A stretch of 64,000 nucleotides of DNA from Candidatus Poribacteria bacterium (lineage in GTDB: Bacteria > Poribacteria > WGA-4E > WGA-3G): the NCBI GenBank assembly GCA_965215265.1, contig OZ244048.1, positions 1 to 64,000 on the forward strand, read 5' to 3'. Below are positions 61,704-64,000 of the stretch, one piece after another. The translations under genes and the position numbers were made by a program. Within the stretch, counting starts at the first letter, position 1, and every line of letters begins with the position of its first letter. The notes below the pieces were generated by a model. It ran no database searches, was not told where the DNA came from, and saw only the letters and a program-made list of their open reading frames with translations.

Positions 61704-63137
61704 TTAGAAGTTGCTGGCTACGTCCGGTTGCAAACCGAGTTTCTCATAAGATTCTGCTGTCGGAAAAATCTTGCCCGGGTTGCATAGCCCTGTGGGATTA
61801 AAAATGTCCTTCACTGCTGCCATTATCTGCAAATCAGCGGGGCTAAAAATCAAGGGCATATAGTCCATCTTCTCGATGCCGATGCCGTGTTCACCGGTAA
61901 TTGTCCCGCCGACTTCAGCACAGACAGTGAGAATCTCCCTATTGACATGCTCTACGCGCTCACACTGTTCTGCTTCGCGTTCGTTAAAGAGGACGATAGG
62001 GTGGATATTGCCGTCGCCGGCGTGGAAAACGTTTGCAATAGGTATCTGATATTTTTCAGAAATTTCAGCGATCCGTCGAAGGACTTTGGGTAGGCGCGTG
62101 CGTGGTACAACGCCATCTTGGGTTATATAATTGGGTGCGAGCCGTCCGAAGGACCCGAACGCGCTTTTACGTGCCTTCCAGAGTTGTTGTCGTTCGGCTT
62201 CATCTTTGGCATAACTCACATCCCGTGCGTTATGTTGGGTGAAGATCTCAAGGATGCAGTCGGTCTGTTTCTGCATACCTGCTTTTATGCCGTCAAGTTC
62301 AACGATTAGGATAGCTTGTGCATCAAGCGGGAAGCCGAAATGGAATGCTTCCTCTAAGGCACGAATGACGAGGCTATCCATCATTTCTAGTGCTGCGGGT
62401 ATGATACCTGCGCCAATAATAGTTGAAACGGCGTTGGAGGCATCATCCATTGTTTCAAAAACCGCCAAGGCGGTTTGGTAGGCTTGTGGGTTGCGCGTCA
62501 GACGGACGACAGCCTTTGTCACTATCCCGAAGGTGCCTTCTGAACCTATCATTACGCCGCGCAAATCGTAACCGGGTGTCTCCTCAACGACACTGCCAAA
62601 TTCGATAATCTCCGCATCCGGCAGTACAACTTCTAATCCGAGTACATGGTCAGAAGTAACCCCATATTTAAGCGTGTGCGGTCCGCCAGAGTTTTCTGCG
62701 ATATTGCCGCCTATGGTACACGCTTTCTGACTTGACGGGTCCGGAGCATAGTGGTAACCTTGATGTTGGACTGCTTGGCTAAGCAATAGGTTGACGACAC
62801 CTGGTTCAACGACGGCATATTCGTTTTCATAATCAATTTCAAGGATGCGATCCATTCGATTAAGTGCAATGATGATACCGCCTTGAACTGAGAGCATACC
62901 GCCACTCAAGCCGGTCCCGCCGCCACGTGCAATAAATGGGACCTCATATTTATTCGCCAATTTCACAATGTCCGATACCTGCTGCGTGGTATCGGCAAAC
63001 ACAACAACATCGGGCAATGCTTTAAACGTCGGTGCTGCATCGCATTCGTAGACGGACAGAGCAGTTGCATCGGTTAAAACGTTTCTGGTACCGAGGAGCT
63101 CGGAGAGTTCTGCAGTGAGTGCTTTTTTTGAATGCAT
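61704..63137 (-). CDS. glcD: Glycolate oxidase subunit GlcD-like FAD-linked oxidase
   Basis: RGGGTGLSGG, APDPSSQ, GGPHTLKYG, HAGDGNIHP, GEHGIG, NPGK. Confidence 0.92.
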   Translation of the reverse strand: MHSKKALTAELSELLGTRNVLTDATALSVYECDAAPTFKALPDVVVFADTTQQVSDIVKLANKYEVPFIARGGGTGLSGGMLSVQGGIIIALNRMDRILEIDYENEYAVVEPGVVNLLLSQAVQHQGYHYAPDPSSQKACTIGGNIAENSGGPHTLKYGVTSDHVLGLEVVLPDAEIIEFGSVVEETPGYDLRGVMIGSEGTFGIVTKAVVRLTRNPQAYQTALAVFETMDDASNAVSTIIGAGIIPAALEMMDSLVIRALEEAFHFGFPLDAQAILIVELDGIKAGMQKQTDCILEIFTQHNARDVSYAKDEAERQQLWKARKSAFGSFGRLAPNYITQDGVVPRTRLPKVLRRIAEISEKYQIPIANVFHAGDGNIHPIVLFNEREAEQCERVEHVNREILTVCAEVGGTITGEHGIGIEKMDYMPLIFSPADLQIMAAVKDIFNPTGLCNPGKIFPTAESYEKLGLQPDVASNF

Positions 63138-63381
63138 AATCTATTTTCCTTCACACAGCGTAATACGATATCTGTTAGCTGCTTTTCGCTATCCGGATTT
63201 CATCATAGGTTACCACATTTTCAATTTAATGTCTACTTAAGAAATAGGGAGTGCAGCTGGTACATTTCTCACTTACACGCCGTTTTTTGTAGCAGGTTTG
63301 TGAGAAAGTGTTTGAGTCGGTGTCTGAATCAGGATTTATAGGAGTAGCGGCCACCAAAAAAATGGGGGTAAATGATTTTTT

Positions 63382-64000
63382 TTACGTCTGTTTGAAAATT
63401 GGTGCGAGGTATGTGGTATCGGTAGGGTTTGGGAAAAGGATATGCCACTGCTCGAAAGTCAGTTTGTCGAGTCCGCATTTTTTCTGCATCTGTGTGAAAT
63501 CGGTGTGGGAGATGATATAGGCATCCATTTCGACGGGCTGCCTGCGGAACCGTGTATCGCTGATGTGGCGGAGTGTTTTGAATAGCGTGATTTTGTGGTT
63601 GTGTGGGTTGATGGCTTCATGCATCAGGCCGTGCGGTTCAATGAAGACGATGCGTTGTTTGCCGTCGTGAAGCATCCAGAGGATGAAGTCGGGGTAGAAT
63701 CCGTGGTTTTGATAGAATCCGATGCCTTTGCCTCGGCTGTGGTTGCGTAAGAGGACAATCTGTTTTCTGTTGTGATGTTTTCGGATGTAGCGGTGCATAT
63801 CTTCGACAAACGCTTTTTCGCTTGCGTTCAAAGGGGGTGGGGTGGTGCGTTCTATGGTGCGGTTGTCCTCGGCGAGGAGGGGTTGGTAGAGGTGGCATTC
63901 GTTATAGGCGGTGGGTAGCGCGGTGAAGTCGGGGCCGTAGATGGTGCCAGCCTCTATGAGGGCTGTGAGGTGCGGCACCAGTTCCTGTGCGTTGTTTTGG
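63382..64000 (-). CDS. C-terminal nuclease domain of a type III Res-like / DEAD-box restriction protein (5' end outside the window)
   Basis: LNASEK.FV, LLRN, GFYPDFILW, IVFIEPHG (PD-(D/E)xK-like); frame open to the window edge. Confidence 0.7.
   Translation of the reverse strand, partial: QNNAQELVPHLTALIEAGTIYGPDFTALPTAYNECHLYQPLLAEDNRTIERTTPPPLNASEKAFVEDMHRYIRKHHNRKQIVLLRNHSRGKGIGFYQNHGFYPDFILWMLHDGKQRIVFIEPHGLMHEAINPHNHKITLFKTLRHISDTRFRRQPVEMDAYIISHTDFTQMQKKCGLDKLTFEQWHILFPNPTDTTYLAPIFKQT

Overview
Bacterial chromosomal window of roughly 45-50% GC. The gene content suggests a Candidatus Poribacteria-like sponge symbiont (inference from three PhyH dioxygenases, WD40/ankyrin/NHL/TPR repeat proteins, a QNYPNPFNPETWIPYQL C-terminal domain and a LamG remnant with a KLATSW tail). 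Housekeeping genes (rpsU, rpsT, rsmB, thiE, thiD, murJ, hisF, nusB, dsbD, glcD, glcE, tRNA-Phe, tRNA-Thr) are mixed with accessory DNA. Main observations: (1) an interrupted ~19 kb plus-strand cluster (35.9-54.7 kb) combines three exported PQQ-type beta-propeller proteins with a GriC/EhpF-like adenylating enzyme, a GriD/LuxC-like reductase, a HemN-like radical SAM enzyme, a PaaK-like ligase and a flavin halogenase, and is a candidate undescribed cofactor or natural-product system; (2) a cas-less mini-CRISPR unit with its own promoter and terminator at 23.9-24.1 kb; (3) a ~1100-codon DNA methyltransferase split at a G9 tract, a candidate phase-variation switch; (4) a PorX homolog with a degenerate receiver domain; (5) a stand-alone dsRNA-binding protein in the rpsU operon. 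Many small gene remnants are also present. All family assignments come from motif recognition, not database searches.
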